Source: a virus | Taxonomy: Duplodnaviria > Caudoviricetes | Virus record (IMG/VR): IMGVR_UViG_3300034171_000048 | Location: 1-48,815 of that record | Length of the DNA: 48,815 nucleotides | Reading direction: 5' to 3' (one strand) | Shown here: positions 25,065 through 34,871 of the stretch, piece after piece | How the letters are laid out: the number at the start of each line of letters is the position of its first letter | Position numbering within the stretch: position 1 is the stretch's first letter | Program-made: the position numbers and the translations under genes | The notes under the pieces: model-generated | Database searches by the model: none | What the model was told of the DNA's origin: nothing | What the model saw: the letters and a program-made list of their open reading frames with translations, nothing else

Positions 25065-25143
25065 GCTTGACAAGTGATGAAGTACATGATATAATGTAGT
25101 TAGTAGCAAAGCAGCAACAAAATAAATACATGGAGGTCTAACA

Positions 25144-25632
25144 ATGGACATTGAAACAATGATTTCTGAACTAACAAAGAATTATGATTTGAAAACTTGT
25201 GTATTAGCAGAGACAGTCGAGGAGGTTGCGTTTGACGGAACTAAGGAGTATACAATAGTAACAACGTACTTTGATACTAACATTGGTGAAATAGCATATG
25301 GACATGATGGAGTTATAACCCTACTCGAGTCCAGAGAAACGGAGGCTGTAATAATGGAAAATATAAGGATAACACAAACAACAAGTAACTACGCAAAAAG
25401 AGGTAATAAGTGGGTTGAAATGGCTAGTTATAAAACTATAGTTGACGAAAACACATATGACAATGTTGTAAATAGCAAATCATTCTTCGCTAATTTAGGT
25501 GCACATGAACGGTATACAAAGAGCTACACATGCAAGGGTTATATAGTAACTAGGATTAATTCAATCTCACCTAATAGACAGAATAAAACGGTTTATAACT
25601 TTGAATTTACAAATATTAAGGAGGTTTTATAA
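25144..25632 (+). CDS. Early hypothetical protein (possible in-frame second start MENIRIT)
   Basis: SD GGAGGT; internal GGAGG-N9-ATG. Confidence 0.65.
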   Translation: MDIETMISELTKNYDLKTCVLAETVEEVAFDGTKEYTIVTTYFDTNIGEIAYGHDGVITLLESRETEAVIMENIRITQTTSNYAKRGNKWVEMASYKTIVDENTYDNVVNSKSFFANLGAHERYTKSYTCKGYIVTRINSISPNRQNKTVYNFEFTNIKEVL

Positions 25633-25859
25633 TGAAGAAAGCAGAATTTAGCGTATCACATGGTGACGTATCAATACACGACGTAACAATGGTAAGAGAG
25701 GGCAACACTCTATGGATATATAAGAAAGGTGTATTAGTTACTAATATAATGTTGAGATTCAATAAACTAGTATTCTTCTTCTCCGACTATAGTAGTGACC
25801 ATACAACAAAGGAAATATACTTCCACATAGTGAAAAACGACGCTTGGAGGTCAGAATAA
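25632..25859 (+). CDS. Early hypothetical protein
   Basis: SD AAGGAGGT, coupled. Confidence 0.65.
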   Translation: MKKAEFSVSHGDVSIHDVTMVREGNTLWIYKKGVLVTNIMLRFNKLVFFFSDYSSDHTTKEIYFHIVKNDAWRSE

Positions 25860-26056
25860 TGAATAATTTAGAGAGAGCAGAAGCCGTGTGGCTAACGCCA
25901 CCAGAAACAATGCAAGTTTGTGAATGTCAGCAATGTGCTGGGGAGTTATACGAAGGCGATACAATATATAAATTTGATAACATGGATTTTTGTTCTAAGG
26001 AGTGCATAGTGGAGTGTTTAATTACTAATGGAGATGTCGAAGAAACACAAGAGTAA
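25844..26056 (+). CDS. Zn-finger-like early protein
   Basis: CECQQCAGELYEGD...FCSKEC. Confidence 0.65.
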   Translation: MEVRIMNNLERAEAVWLTPPETMQVCECQQCAGELYEGDTIYKFDNMDFCSKECIVECLITNGDVEETQE

Positions 26057-26106
26057 AAAATAAAGTTCGCTGGTTCATCTAGAAAGCCAGTAAAAAGGAG
26101 TTATAC

Positions 26107-26418
26107 ATGGATAATATAAAAGTTGGCAATATGATATCAGATAAAGGAAATGTAGTAGCAAATCAATTTGTAATGAGCATCAATGGAGTTCAATATTTCC
26201 AGAGTTACTCAAGTATGATAGCGAAGTGTGATGGTGCTAAGTTGACATTGGGTGCAAATTGGGACTGTTCAATCACTACTATGAAGCATCTATATGCATG
26301 GTTAGACGGCAACTGTGGTTGGTTTATATCTACATTACCACGTAAAGCATCTAAGAGGGCAACTATACAGCATGCAATTGACACAGGGCTAATTCAATAT
26401 GATGGAGGTATGAGCTAA
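26107..26418 (+). CDS. Early hypothetical protein
   Basis: NQFV...YFQSYSSMIA...WDCSITTMKHL conserved-looking phage motif. Confidence 0.7.
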   Translation: MDNIKVGNMISDKGNVVANQFVMSINGVQYFQSYSSMIAKCDGAKLTLGANWDCSITTMKHLYAWLDGNCGWFISTLPRKASKRATIQHAIDTGLIQYDGGMS

Positions 26419-26717
26419 TGATTAAACATAAAAGAAATTTATTAATTAAACCTCATTTCCTAAAGGACAATACTGCGAGTCTATGTTTGAATAACTGGGG
26501 TGGAATAGTTATCCAACTAACTGAGGATTGTGAGGGTGTAAAGTATCAATTTAATTTTGGAGATAATAAACCAAGTGAAATATTAGAAAGTGAAATAATA
26601 TATGAGATTAATGAGGACTTCCCAAGTGAGGATGACGACGAATATCAACCATGTTTTTATACATCCAATAATGAGAGGTATTTTATAAATGAATTTATGA
26701 GGGATGATATCAGATAA
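26418..26717 (+). CDS. Early acidic hypothetical protein
   Basis: ORF track; coupled start. Confidence 0.65.
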   Translation: MIKHKRNLLIKPHFLKDNTASLCLNNWGGIVIQLTEDCEGVKYQFNFGDNKPSEILESEIIYEINEDFPSEDDDEYQPCFYTSNNERYFINEFMRDDIR

Positions 26718-26838
26718 CTAATGAGGGTATAAATAGCATATGACAATATAGAAAGTAGGTGATAAAATGTTGTTAATAATACCAATTATATTCTTTATGG
26801 AATTAGTTAAAATGTGTAATAGTTAGTACATGATAGAG

Positions 26839-26865
26839 AGGAGTGCATAATAGCACTTCTTTTTT
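26839..26865 (+). terminator. Terminator ending early module
   Basis: AGGAGTGC-ATAATA-GCACTTCT plus T run. Confidence 0.8.
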
Positions 26866-27157
26866 AATGCTATATATTACTTAACAATTGTTATTACTTA
26901 GCAGCATATACTACATGATAACATATAGTACGGGATATTATATATTATATGATAGTTGTTATTGATTAGTAATGTGTATAACATGATAGTTATTATTAAC
27001 AAACAATTATTATTACTTAGCATAGTTCATTAAACAATAATTATTATTAGGTAGTAACCCCTATTTCAAACTCACTATATGTCACAGCTTACCCCTCCGA
27101 GTAACTCCGAGAAAAATTTGAAAAAATGACTTCCATTTTCTCCCAAAGCCAACTCAG

Positions 27158-27241
27158 TTATTTCCATCTCACTGTGAGTATTATTGCAAGTACAACTAAA
27201 GCAATCATTATCCAATAAAGTATATGCAAAATTAATATCAT
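27158..27241 (-). CDS. Membrane micropeptide MILILHILYWIMIALVVLAIILTVRWK
   Basis: SD GGAGGTG on minus strand; single TM, basic C-terminus. Confidence 0.6.
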   Translation of the reverse strand: MILILHILYWIMIALVVLAIILTVRWK

Positions 27242-27254
27242 TTTCATCACCTCC

Positions 27255-27326
27255 CTAAATGTTAAATGCACAAAATATCAGTTCGCCTAGAATTATTATT
27301 AGTATAACCCAAAGTGTTATTGGCAT
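27255..27326 (-). CDS. Membrane micropeptide MPITLWVILIIILGELIFCAFNI
   Basis: SD AAGGGG; directly downstream of minus-strand promoter. Confidence 0.55.
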   Translation of the reverse strand: MPITLWVILIIILGELIFCAFNI

Positions 27327-27347
27327 TTCTATCAACCCCTTATGTAT

Positions 27348-27376
27348 ATTATAGCATTAACGCAACAGAAAGTCAA
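27348..27376 (-). promoter_or_regulatory. Minus-strand sigma-A promoter
   Basis: Reverse complement TTGACT-17-TATAAT with extended TG. Confidence 0.8.
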
Positions 27377-27384
27377 GATTTATT

Positions 27385-28221
27385 TTGGAAAACGAGATAT
27401 TTTATTGGCTTGAAGGGTATTATATACTGAAAAGAAATGAACTGGAGGAGGAGATTAAAATTAAAAAAGATTTTGATATGATAGTTAGTAAGTTGAGTGA
27501 AGATATAGAGTGTGTAAATATTTATCCCTTGGGTGACGTCCATATTGGGTCAGCAGAATTTAGCCAAGGGTTATTCGATAAGTGGATGAAGATGGTTTCG
27601 GATGATGTTAATGGTTATGTTGTTATTATTGGAGACATGATTGATAATGGCTTAAAGAACAGTAAAACGAACGTATACGAAGCTACAATGAGACCAAGAG
27701 ACCAGAAAGAATGGCTTAGAAAGGCTCTCTCACCGATAAAACATAAGATTCTAGGCGCTTGTAGAGGAAACCATGAAATTAGGTCTACTTTGGAAAGTGA
27801 TGATTGTCCGTTATATGATGTTATGAGTAAATTAGATTTGGAGGATTTATATCGTGAAAATATGGCATTTCTTAAGGTTAATCTTGGGTATCGCAATAGA
27901 GATAGGCAGTTCAGTTATACTATTGTACTTGCTCATGGTGGTTCTAAAGCAAAGACCTCTAAGTTCGGATACGCTATTGATGGTATGGATATATTGGTTA
28001 CTGGACACACACATTCCCCAGAATCTAATTTCCCAACCAAGGTTATTATGGACACAAAGAATGAAGTTGTAAAATTACAAGATTATGCTCACATAGTTGT
28101 ACCATCCTTCGCAGAGTTCGGTGGGTACGCGTTAAGAGGTATGTATATGCCACAAAGTAATAAATTTCCCATCATTAGATTGGATGGAGAAAAAAAAGGA
28201 GTTGAAATTAAATGGGTGTAA
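27385..28221 (+). CDS. Calcineurin-like metallophosphoesterase (start likely ~27460-27478)
   Basis: GDVHIG, GDMID, GNHE, AHG, GHTH motifs. Confidence 0.88.
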   Translation: MENEIFYWLEGYYILKRNELEEEIKIKKDFDMIVSKLSEDIECVNIYPLGDVHIGSAEFSQGLFDKWMKMVSDDVNGYVVIIGDMIDNGLKNSKTNVYEATMRPRDQKEWLRKALSPIKHKILGACRGNHEIRSTLESDDCPLYDVMSKLDLEDLYRENMAFLKVNLGYRNRDRQFSYTIVLAHGGSKAKTSKFGYAIDGMDILVTGHTHSPESNFPTKVIMDTKNEVVKLQDYAHIVVPSFAEFGGYALRGMYMPQSNKFPIIRLDGEKKGVEIKWV

Positions 28222-28454
28222 GAAATATATTTTTAATAATAGACCCAAATATATTTAGTGAAGATGATGTAAGGAAAATAATAAGAGAAGAAGGTTGGGG
28301 ACATAGTTTTTTATTTCCAACAATGTCTGAAAGGTCCGATAATAATTCTCAATTAAAAATGGCAGATGAGGTTTGGTGTTTTGGTGAAGTATCAAGTCAA
28401 AGAGATTATAAAATTGCAGTAGAACTTAGTTGTGATTTATGGCAAATGGCTTAA
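28212..28454 (+). CDS. Hypothetical protein
   Basis: ADEVWCFGE motif; coupled to neighbours. Confidence 0.6.
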   Translation: MGVRNIFLIIDPNIFSEDDVRKIIREEGWGHSFLFPTMSERSDNNSQLKMADEVWCFGEVSSQRDYKIAVELSCDLWQMA

Positions 28455-28467
28455 GGGGAGTGTTATA

Positions 28468-30012
28468 ATGAACAGAGAAGAAATAGATAATTACACAGAA
28501 GTGATAATTCCAAATATAGAGCGAGAACTTATGAATGAAAATCTTCTAGATAATGAGAAGTTAGAAATATATAACTTATATCATGATGTATTGAGAGCAG
28601 TAGCACCTTATAATTTCATTGTTTATAATATGTATTTAGAACTTGAAGAAGATAAAACCTTAGATTCAAAAGGCTTCTATCATCACCGAAAGGAGCACAT
28701 GGGAGAATTATTCCAAACACTAGATGATATGGAAAGTAAAGATATGTATGATATATTGATTGTAACTATGCCACCACGAACTGGGAAAACAACAAGTGGC
28801 ATAAGGTTCCTTTCATGGATAATGGGAAAGTACCCAGAATACACACAGTTAGCTACCTCGTATTCAGACAGTATAACTACTTCGTTTTATATTGGTACAA
28901 TGGAAGTTGTACAAAGCCAAGCTTTCAAAGATATTTTCCCAGATGCACCCTTGGTAAATCAAAATGGTAAACGAGAGGAAATTTGGCTTAAAGTATTTAA
29001 ACGATATCCCACAATAACCTATGTACCCATAGGGGGTTCAATGACAGGTAGGGCAGAGTGTAGTAAATATCTATACTGTGACGATTTAGTTAGTGGTATA
29101 GAAGAAGCATTAAGTGTTACAAGATTAGAAAAGTTAGTACAAACTTATAATGTAAACTGTAAACAAAGAAAAAAAGATGGTTGCAAGGAAATTCATGTAG
29201 CTACACCTTGGTCTGTCCATGATGTTATTGCTAATGTTACTGGAATGAATGAAGGAAACCCAAGATGTAAGGTAATTGCAATGCCTTGTTATGACGAAAA
29301 GGGAGAAAGTCAATTTGATTTTGTTGGTGGATTTTCTACTGCATATTATGATGATATGAAAAAATCTATGGATTCTGCTAGTTTTAGTGCATTATATCTG
29401 CAAGAACCAATTGAAAGAGAAGGGTTATTATACCATCCAGACGATATGAAATATTATATGAGCTTACCAAATGAAGCACCAGATACTATTGTGGCAATAT
29501 GCGATAGTAAGAATTTAGGAAATGATTATGTTGCTAGTCCAGTTGGTTATATTTATGGTGATGATGTATATATTGTGGATGTAGTTTATAATAATGGTTT
29601 ACCAGAAATTACAAGACCACTTGTGGCAAATAAATGGTTGGAACATAAAGTAGTAAGAGCAGATATAGAACTTAATAATGGTGGAAATTATTATGCAGAG
29701 GATTTAGATAAACTAATAAAAGATGAAGGTGGCAAAACAAGTATAAAAATATTCTATAGTGGTAATAATAAGTTGACTAAGATTATAACTTATTCGGATT
29801 TTGTTAAGAAAAACTTCATTTTTAAAGATATTAGTACGTATTCTCCTCATAGTGAATATGCTAAGTTTATGAAAGATATGTTTAGCTTTACACAAATGGG
29901 AAAGAATAAACATGATGATAGTGTAGATTCTATTGCTATGTTAGGGCAAATGGTACAAGAAATCGGTGGAAATACAATTAAATTCTTAGACAGACGAAGA
30001 TTAGGATTATAA
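28468..30012 (+). CDS. terL: Terminase large subunit
   Basis: MPPRTGKT Walker A, LYCDD Walker B, ATPWSVHD, LYLQEP, KHDDSVDS nuclease. Confidence 0.93.
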   Translation: MNREEIDNYTEVIIPNIERELMNENLLDNEKLEIYNLYHDVLRAVAPYNFIVYNMYLELEEDKTLDSKGFYHHRKEHMGELFQTLDDMESKDMYDILIVTMPPRTGKTTSGIRFLSWIMGKYPEYTQLATSYSDSITTSFYIGTMEVVQSQAFKDIFPDAPLVNQNGKREEIWLKVFKRYPTITYVPIGGSMTGRAECSKYLYCDDLVSGIEEALSVTRLEKLVQTYNVNCKQRKKDGCKEIHVATPWSVHDVIANVTGMNEGNPRCKVIAMPCYDEKGESQFDFVGGFSTAYYDDMKKSMDSASFSALYLQEPIEREGLLYHPDDMKYYMSLPNEAPDTIVAICDSKNLGNDYVASPVGYIYGDDVYIVDVVYNNGLPEITRPLVANKWLEHKVVRADIELNNGGNYYAEDLDKLIKDEGGKTSIKIFYSGNNKLTKIITYSDFVKKNFIFKDISTYSPHSEYAKFMKDMFSFTQMGKNKHDDSVDSIAMLGQMVQEIGGNTIKFLDRRRLGL

Positions 30013-30027
30013 AAAGGAGGAATAAAG

Positions 30028-31557
30028 ATGATTTTGAAGGGCAGAGAAAAAATAGTAACTGAGTTTAACTCAGAAGATTTAAAAGATTTTGAAAATCTGA
30101 GAACATTACTGAATACTAGTCGAGCAACACATTTAGAAAACAAAGCTGATATTGATTATCTTATAGCATATCGTAACGGTATTCAACCAGTATTGCTTAA
30201 AGAAAAGGTTGTAAGAGACGAAATAAACAACAAGGTGGTAATTAACCATGCACAAATGGTAACTAGAAATGTTATTGGTTATTTTCTGGGTAATCCAATC
30301 CAATATATCCAAGCAGGGGCAAATGGTAAGGACGAAATAGACTTACTCAATAAGTATGTAGCCTATGAGGATAAATACTCCGTAGATAAAGAGATAGGAG
30401 AGTTTCAGAGCATCTGTGGTACGGCTTTCCGTATAATCTACACGGATGGTGTATATGGAGACGAAGTTCCATTTGAAGACAAAGCATTAAACCCTGCATC
30501 AACGTATGTTGTATATGAAAATAATATAGCAGAAAGACCTATTATTGGAGTGACATATTACACTTTATTGAATGATGAAGGAGAAGTTAAAGGTACAAAA
30601 GTATATGCCTATACTGACTTTGGACTGTATGAAGTGGAAGTGGATACTGATGGACTTGTAATAACTCCAGATGATGTACAGTTCTCACCATATAATGTAG
30701 GTGGAGTCCCAATTATAGAATATCCTAACAATATGTGGAGAATAGGTGACTGGGAACTATGCATTGGTCTTATGGATGCAATCAATAGCTTGCAGAGTGG
30801 TAGACTTGATGATATAGACCAAGTTATACAATCTCTTTTGGTATTTGTTAATGCTGACATTGATGTTGATGGATATGATGAAATGAGAGAAAGAGGAGTT
30901 GTACTTCTTAAGAATAACTCTGGAAATCCAAGTTCGGTTGACTCAATAACTAACACATTAGACCAATCAGGAATGAATCAGTTCTCACAAGAACTCGAAG
31001 CACTATTGTACGCACTTATTGGTATTCCAGATAGAAATAGTCGAAGTGGTGGTGGTGGAGATACTGGTCAAGCCGTTGAACTTAGAGATGGATGGGCAGA
31101 TTTGGAAATCCTTGCTAGAAATAAAGAATTGATATACAAGAGGTCTGAGAAAATGGCTTTGAGGATTATTCTTAAAATAATGAACAATAAAGAATCTATG
31201 GACTTATCACTTATGGATATAGATATTAAATTCACTAGAAACAAGAATAATAACTTGATGATAAAATGTACTAGTTACTCAACGTTATTAGCTACTAAAA
31301 CTTTGTCACCAGCTGATTGTTTAACTATTGTGGATTTGGTTTCAGATGTAAATGAGTATATTGCGAGAGGAGAAGTATTTTGGGGTGATGGTTTTGCAGG
31401 ACAAATTGAAAATAACAATAGGGTTGAGATGTCAAATGTTCAATTGGAAACTGCTAAGAATCCACCAGAGCAAGTAGAAGGAGAAGTAGTTCAACCCGTA
31501 GCACCAGTTAAATCTGAAAAGAAAATATTAGAAAGTAAAGTACAAGGAGGTAAATAA
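30028..31557 (+). CDS. Portal protein (SPP1-like)
   Basis: NNKVVINHA...GYFLGNPIQY, VPIIEYPNN, IKFTRN. Confidence 0.9.
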   Translation: MILKGREKIVTEFNSEDLKDFENLRTLLNTSRATHLENKADIDYLIAYRNGIQPVLLKEKVVRDEINNKVVINHAQMVTRNVIGYFLGNPIQYIQAGANGKDEIDLLNKYVAYEDKYSVDKEIGEFQSICGTAFRIIYTDGVYGDEVPFEDKALNPASTYVVYENNIAERPIIGVTYYTLLNDEGEVKGTKVYAYTDFGLYEVEVDTDGLVITPDDVQFSPYNVGGVPIIEYPNNMWRIGDWELCIGLMDAINSLQSGRLDDIDQVIQSLLVFVNADIDVDGYDEMRERGVVLLKNNSGNPSSVDSITNTLDQSGMNQFSQELEALLYALIGIPDRNSRSGGGGDTGQAVELRDGWADLEILARNKELIYKRSEKMALRIILKIMNNKESMDLSLMDIDIKFTRNKNNNLMIKCTSYSTLLATKTLSPADCLTIVDLVSDVNEYIARGEVFWGDGFAGQIENNNRVEMSNVQLETAKNPPEQVEGEVVQPVAPVKSEKKILESKVQGGK

Positions 31558-33173
31558 TGCGTGATATAATAGTAGACTTAAATAGTCTTGATACTAGGAT
31601 AATATTTAGTGAAAACTATATAAAAGAGGGAGAAAACAAGGCATCTAATCTTATTATTACTCTTAATCCCGAATTTATAGATATTGCTTATTCATATAAG
31701 ATTAAATTCAAATTGAATGATAATGCCCCAGTTTTAACAGAAGATTTAGTTCCAGTTGAAGATGTAATAACGTATACTATCACTAATGTTAACACTTTTG
31801 AAATGGGAAGTCTTAGATGTGAATTACAAGCATATGATATAGATAACACTTTACTGAAAAGTGCAAGTATAACTCTAAATGTAATAGAATCTGTAGATGG
31901 TCTTGCAGTAGAAGTACCAACAGACTATGAGATTTATATTACCATGATAGAGCATTATATGGACAATGTACTCTATGACCCAAGTCTAAAAGAAGTTGAT
32001 GTTTATGATATGGACAATATGGATGAAAGTGCAACTAAGAAAATATATACCGTAATTGAAAGAGCCAAACTAGATGATATAATTGGTGATGTAAATGCTA
32101 ATCCCGATACTTATGTTATTAGGGATGGTATAGGTGGAACTCAAATTGGTCACATTGACTTTGATACTAATCCAACTGCCGACCCATTAGAGATTGGTAG
32201 GATGCAATGGAGTGAAACAGATGGTACTGTTACCATTGGTATTGGAACTGCCGAGATAGAAATAAATCAAGCACAGTTTATGAAAGCACAGAATCTTGTT
32301 GGTAGAACTATACAAGTTGGAGAAGTTGTTGCTATTAATGGTTCTAATAATGATGTTCCAACATTTATATTGGCAGATGCAGATGGAAGTAATCTTTCTA
32401 AAAATGTATTTGGATTAGTTTCAATCGAATCAGTTATTGATGGTGATATAGGTTCTGTATTGACACAAGGAATGGTGCATAATGTTGATACGAGTTTATT
32501 TGTAGATGGTGATGAATTATACCTAGATGTTGTAGGTGGTCAAATGACAACTATTATGCCATTACCTCCTGCCGAGCCTATATTCGTAGGTTACTGTATA
32601 AAGGCTTCATTACAAGGTGAATATGATGGTATCATATATGTTATTCCAGTTAAGTACCCAAGTGCAACTAAGGTATCTGTATTTGATGACCTTGGTTATT
32701 ATGATGGAACAACTGCTGAAAGTGTATTTGAAGAAATAGGATATAAACTGCAAAAGGGATATGGTGAGATATATACCAATGTAGGTGCAACCCCACAGAC
32801 AGTTTTAACTGGTGCAGGATATACAAAATTGACACCAGTATGTTCAGTTGGATTAGCAGTTAACGCAACTCCTTCTGCACTAAACCAAAATATAACAATA
32901 GATTTAGATGGTGTATATAATTTAAGTTATACTGCAAGTAGTGAAGTTAGTGTAAATGCAGTTTTATATTACACTATATTTAGAAATGGTGTTCAACTTC
33001 AAAATATAAGTGCTAGTGTAACAAGAACTAAAAATATATATAATGTAATAGCTATTGGTGGTATAGTGGAATGTCAAAGTGGTGATGTACTCGATATTAG
33101 ATTTAGACATAATGCAGGGGTTAGTGTAATTATAACACAATATTATACTAATTTTAGTGCATCAATAGTATAA
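31557..33173 (+). CDS. Virion fibre/decoration-like protein with BppU-like N-terminal domain
   Basis: EGENKASNLIITL...LRCELQAY; beta-rich; GDELYL motif; C-terminal jelly-roll-like region. Confidence 0.55.
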   Translation: MRDIIVDLNSLDTRIIFSENYIKEGENKASNLIITLNPEFIDIAYSYKIKFKLNDNAPVLTEDLVPVEDVITYTITNVNTFEMGSLRCELQAYDIDNTLLKSASITLNVIESVDGLAVEVPTDYEIYITMIEHYMDNVLYDPSLKEVDVYDMDNMDESATKKIYTVIERAKLDDIIGDVNANPDTYVIRDGIGGTQIGHIDFDTNPTADPLEIGRMQWSETDGTVTIGIGTAEIEINQAQFMKAQNLVGRTIQVGEVVAINGSNNDVPTFILADADGSNLSKNVFGLVSIESVIDGDIGSVLTQGMVHNVDTSLFVDGDELYLDVVGGQMTTIMPLPPAEPIFVGYCIKASLQGEYDGIIYVIPVKYPSATKVSVFDDLGYYDGTTAESVFEEIGYKLQKGYGEIYTNVGATPQTVLTGAGYTKLTPVCSVGLAVNATPSALNQNITIDLDGVYNLSYTASSEVSVNAVLYYTIFRNGVQLQNISASVTRTKNIYNVIAIGGIVECQSGDVLDIRFRHNAGVSVIITQYYTNFSASIV

Positions 33174-33249
33174 GATTTATCCATACTAACATTGTTTGTA
33201 AATGGGAATAATAATGTTGGTATGAGTATGAATAAAAGGAGGAATTATA

Positions 33250-34107
33250 ATGGCAATCACACAAATCTCTATAGAAAATGGAGTTAACAAAGTTAAACGA
33301 TATAATTGCCTAACTACTGATTTACAGAGTGCGTATCCTACGGATGGTGCAGACGGTTCTGTAATGGTAATAATAGGAGCAGTTAGTGGAAAAGCTAGTG
33401 GTTATTGTACGTTACTAAACGGTCAATGGATACCAGTAAAAGTTAAGCCTAATTTGGAAGGAGTAATTGCATTTGTTCCAATTGCAGATTTAGTAGGGGA
33501 TTTAACAATTGACTTTGAAGATGCAACTATCAAGAATGTAGTTATGAGTACCCCATTTGATATTGCACAAGTAGAAACTGCAACATTGGTTGGAACTATA
33601 ACTGGTGCAGGAGATATTACAGTAACAATTACAAGCGAAATCGTAGTTGGAAGTCCTTTAGCAGTTCAAGTGGCAGTATTGGTTGACGATACACCATCTG
33701 ATGTGGCAGAAAAGATTAGAGTGGCTTTACAAATTGAAAGTGCAGTATCTACACATTATGTTGTTAGTAAAGATGGGGACGATATCATATTAACTGTAAA
33801 AGTTATAGCAGATGATGATACAACATTAAATATTGCAATCGCAGATGATACAGCAGTAGGAGTTACAGCAGTAGTAAGTTCGGTAGATACAGTTAGTGGT
33901 GGAATCAATGCTAAGACAATTGGATTGGCTAATGTGCCAAATATCTGTAAGTTAAATCTACAAATCATGGAAACTAATGGTTCAGTAATAACTTGGTTCG
34001 CAGGAATAACTTGGTTAGGTACAACTTTAGTTCCTGCAATTAATACACTATACGATTTAGAATTTGCCACTTTTGATGGTGGAACTTCTTGGATAGAACA
34101 AGCATAA
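33250..34107 (+). CDS. Virion fibre-like protein carrying a 112-aa inserted domain
   Basis: C-terminal ITW..ITW...FATFDGGTSW; insert homologous to one in tail tube 1. Confidence 0.55.
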   Translation: MAITQISIENGVNKVKRYNCLTTDLQSAYPTDGADGSVMVIIGAVSGKASGYCTLLNGQWIPVKVKPNLEGVIAFVPIADLVGDLTIDFEDATIKNVVMSTPFDIAQVETATLVGTITGAGDITVTITSEIVVGSPLAVQVAVLVDDTPSDVAEKIRVALQIESAVSTHYVVSKDGDDIILTVKVIADDDTTLNIAIADDTAVGVTAVVSSVDTVSGGINAKTIGLANVPNICKLNLQIMETNGSVITWFAGITWLGTTLVPAINTLYDLEFATFDGGTSWIEQA

Positions 34108-34242
34108 TTTAGATTTATTGAGAGAAATTAAAACCTCTCTCTCTCTTATGCATAATTTGTACACTTAATAGGTATTATAATAATGAAATAAATAATGTGT
34201 TGGAGAAGTGATTCTATGACATGGTATTAGGAGGAATAAATA

Positions 34243-34842
34243 ATGGCAGAATTTACACAAGAGCAAATAGACGAAATGATAAACAACAAAGTAACAGAGG
34301 CAAGGAAAGGCTTATTCTCAGAGGAAGAAGTAAACAAAAGAGTTACTTCTGAAACTGATAGGAGAGTCGAAAGTGGAATCCAGAAAGGTCTGGAAACAAG
34401 CAAGTTGAAATGGGAAACCGAATATTCTGAAAGGGCGAAACTTAGTGCTGATGAATTAGCTAAAAAAGAATATGATGAAAAATTAAAAGATGTTTCTTTA
34501 AGGGAACAAAATATAAAAAAGAGAGCTAATAATCTTGAAGCAAGAGATATGCTATCAGAAGCACAGATACCCAAATCGCAATATGATAAATTAATGACCA
34601 TGCTTGTATCTGATGACGTTGATATTACAAAATCTAATGTTCAGAACTTTATTGACAGTTATACAAGTTCAAAGAGTGAAATCGAAACAAGAATTAAGAG
34701 CGAGTACACAAAAGTACCACCTCCAAAAGTAGGTCCAGGAAACGAAGTAGTAACAATTAAAGAATTTGCTAAAATGGGTTATGGGGATAAATTAAAATTT
34801 AAAACTACAAATCCAGAACAGTATAAAGAATTTATAAAATAA
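34243..34842 (+). CDS. Capsid scaffolding protein (DUF4355-like)
   Basis: FTQEQIDEMI, coiled coil, precedes capsid. Confidence 0.85.
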   Translation: MAEFTQEQIDEMINNKVTEARKGLFSEEEVNKRVTSETDRRVESGIQKGLETSKLKWETEYSERAKLSADELAKKEYDEKLKDVSLREQNIKKRANNLEARDMLSEAQIPKSQYDKLMTMLVSDDVDITKSNVQNFIDSYTSSKSEIETRIKSEYTKVPPPKVGPGNEVVTIKEFAKMGYGDKLKFKTTNPEQYKEFIK

Positions 34843-34871
34843 TCTAAGATAAAAAAGGAGATAGAAATATT

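Larger units (their letters stand above)
24467..25095 (+). promoter_or_regulatory. Cluster of five tandem sigma-A promoters
   Basis: TTGACA at 24467, 24563, 24781, 24892, 25067, each with 17-nt spacer to TATAAT/GATAAT/TATTAT. Confidence 0.85.
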
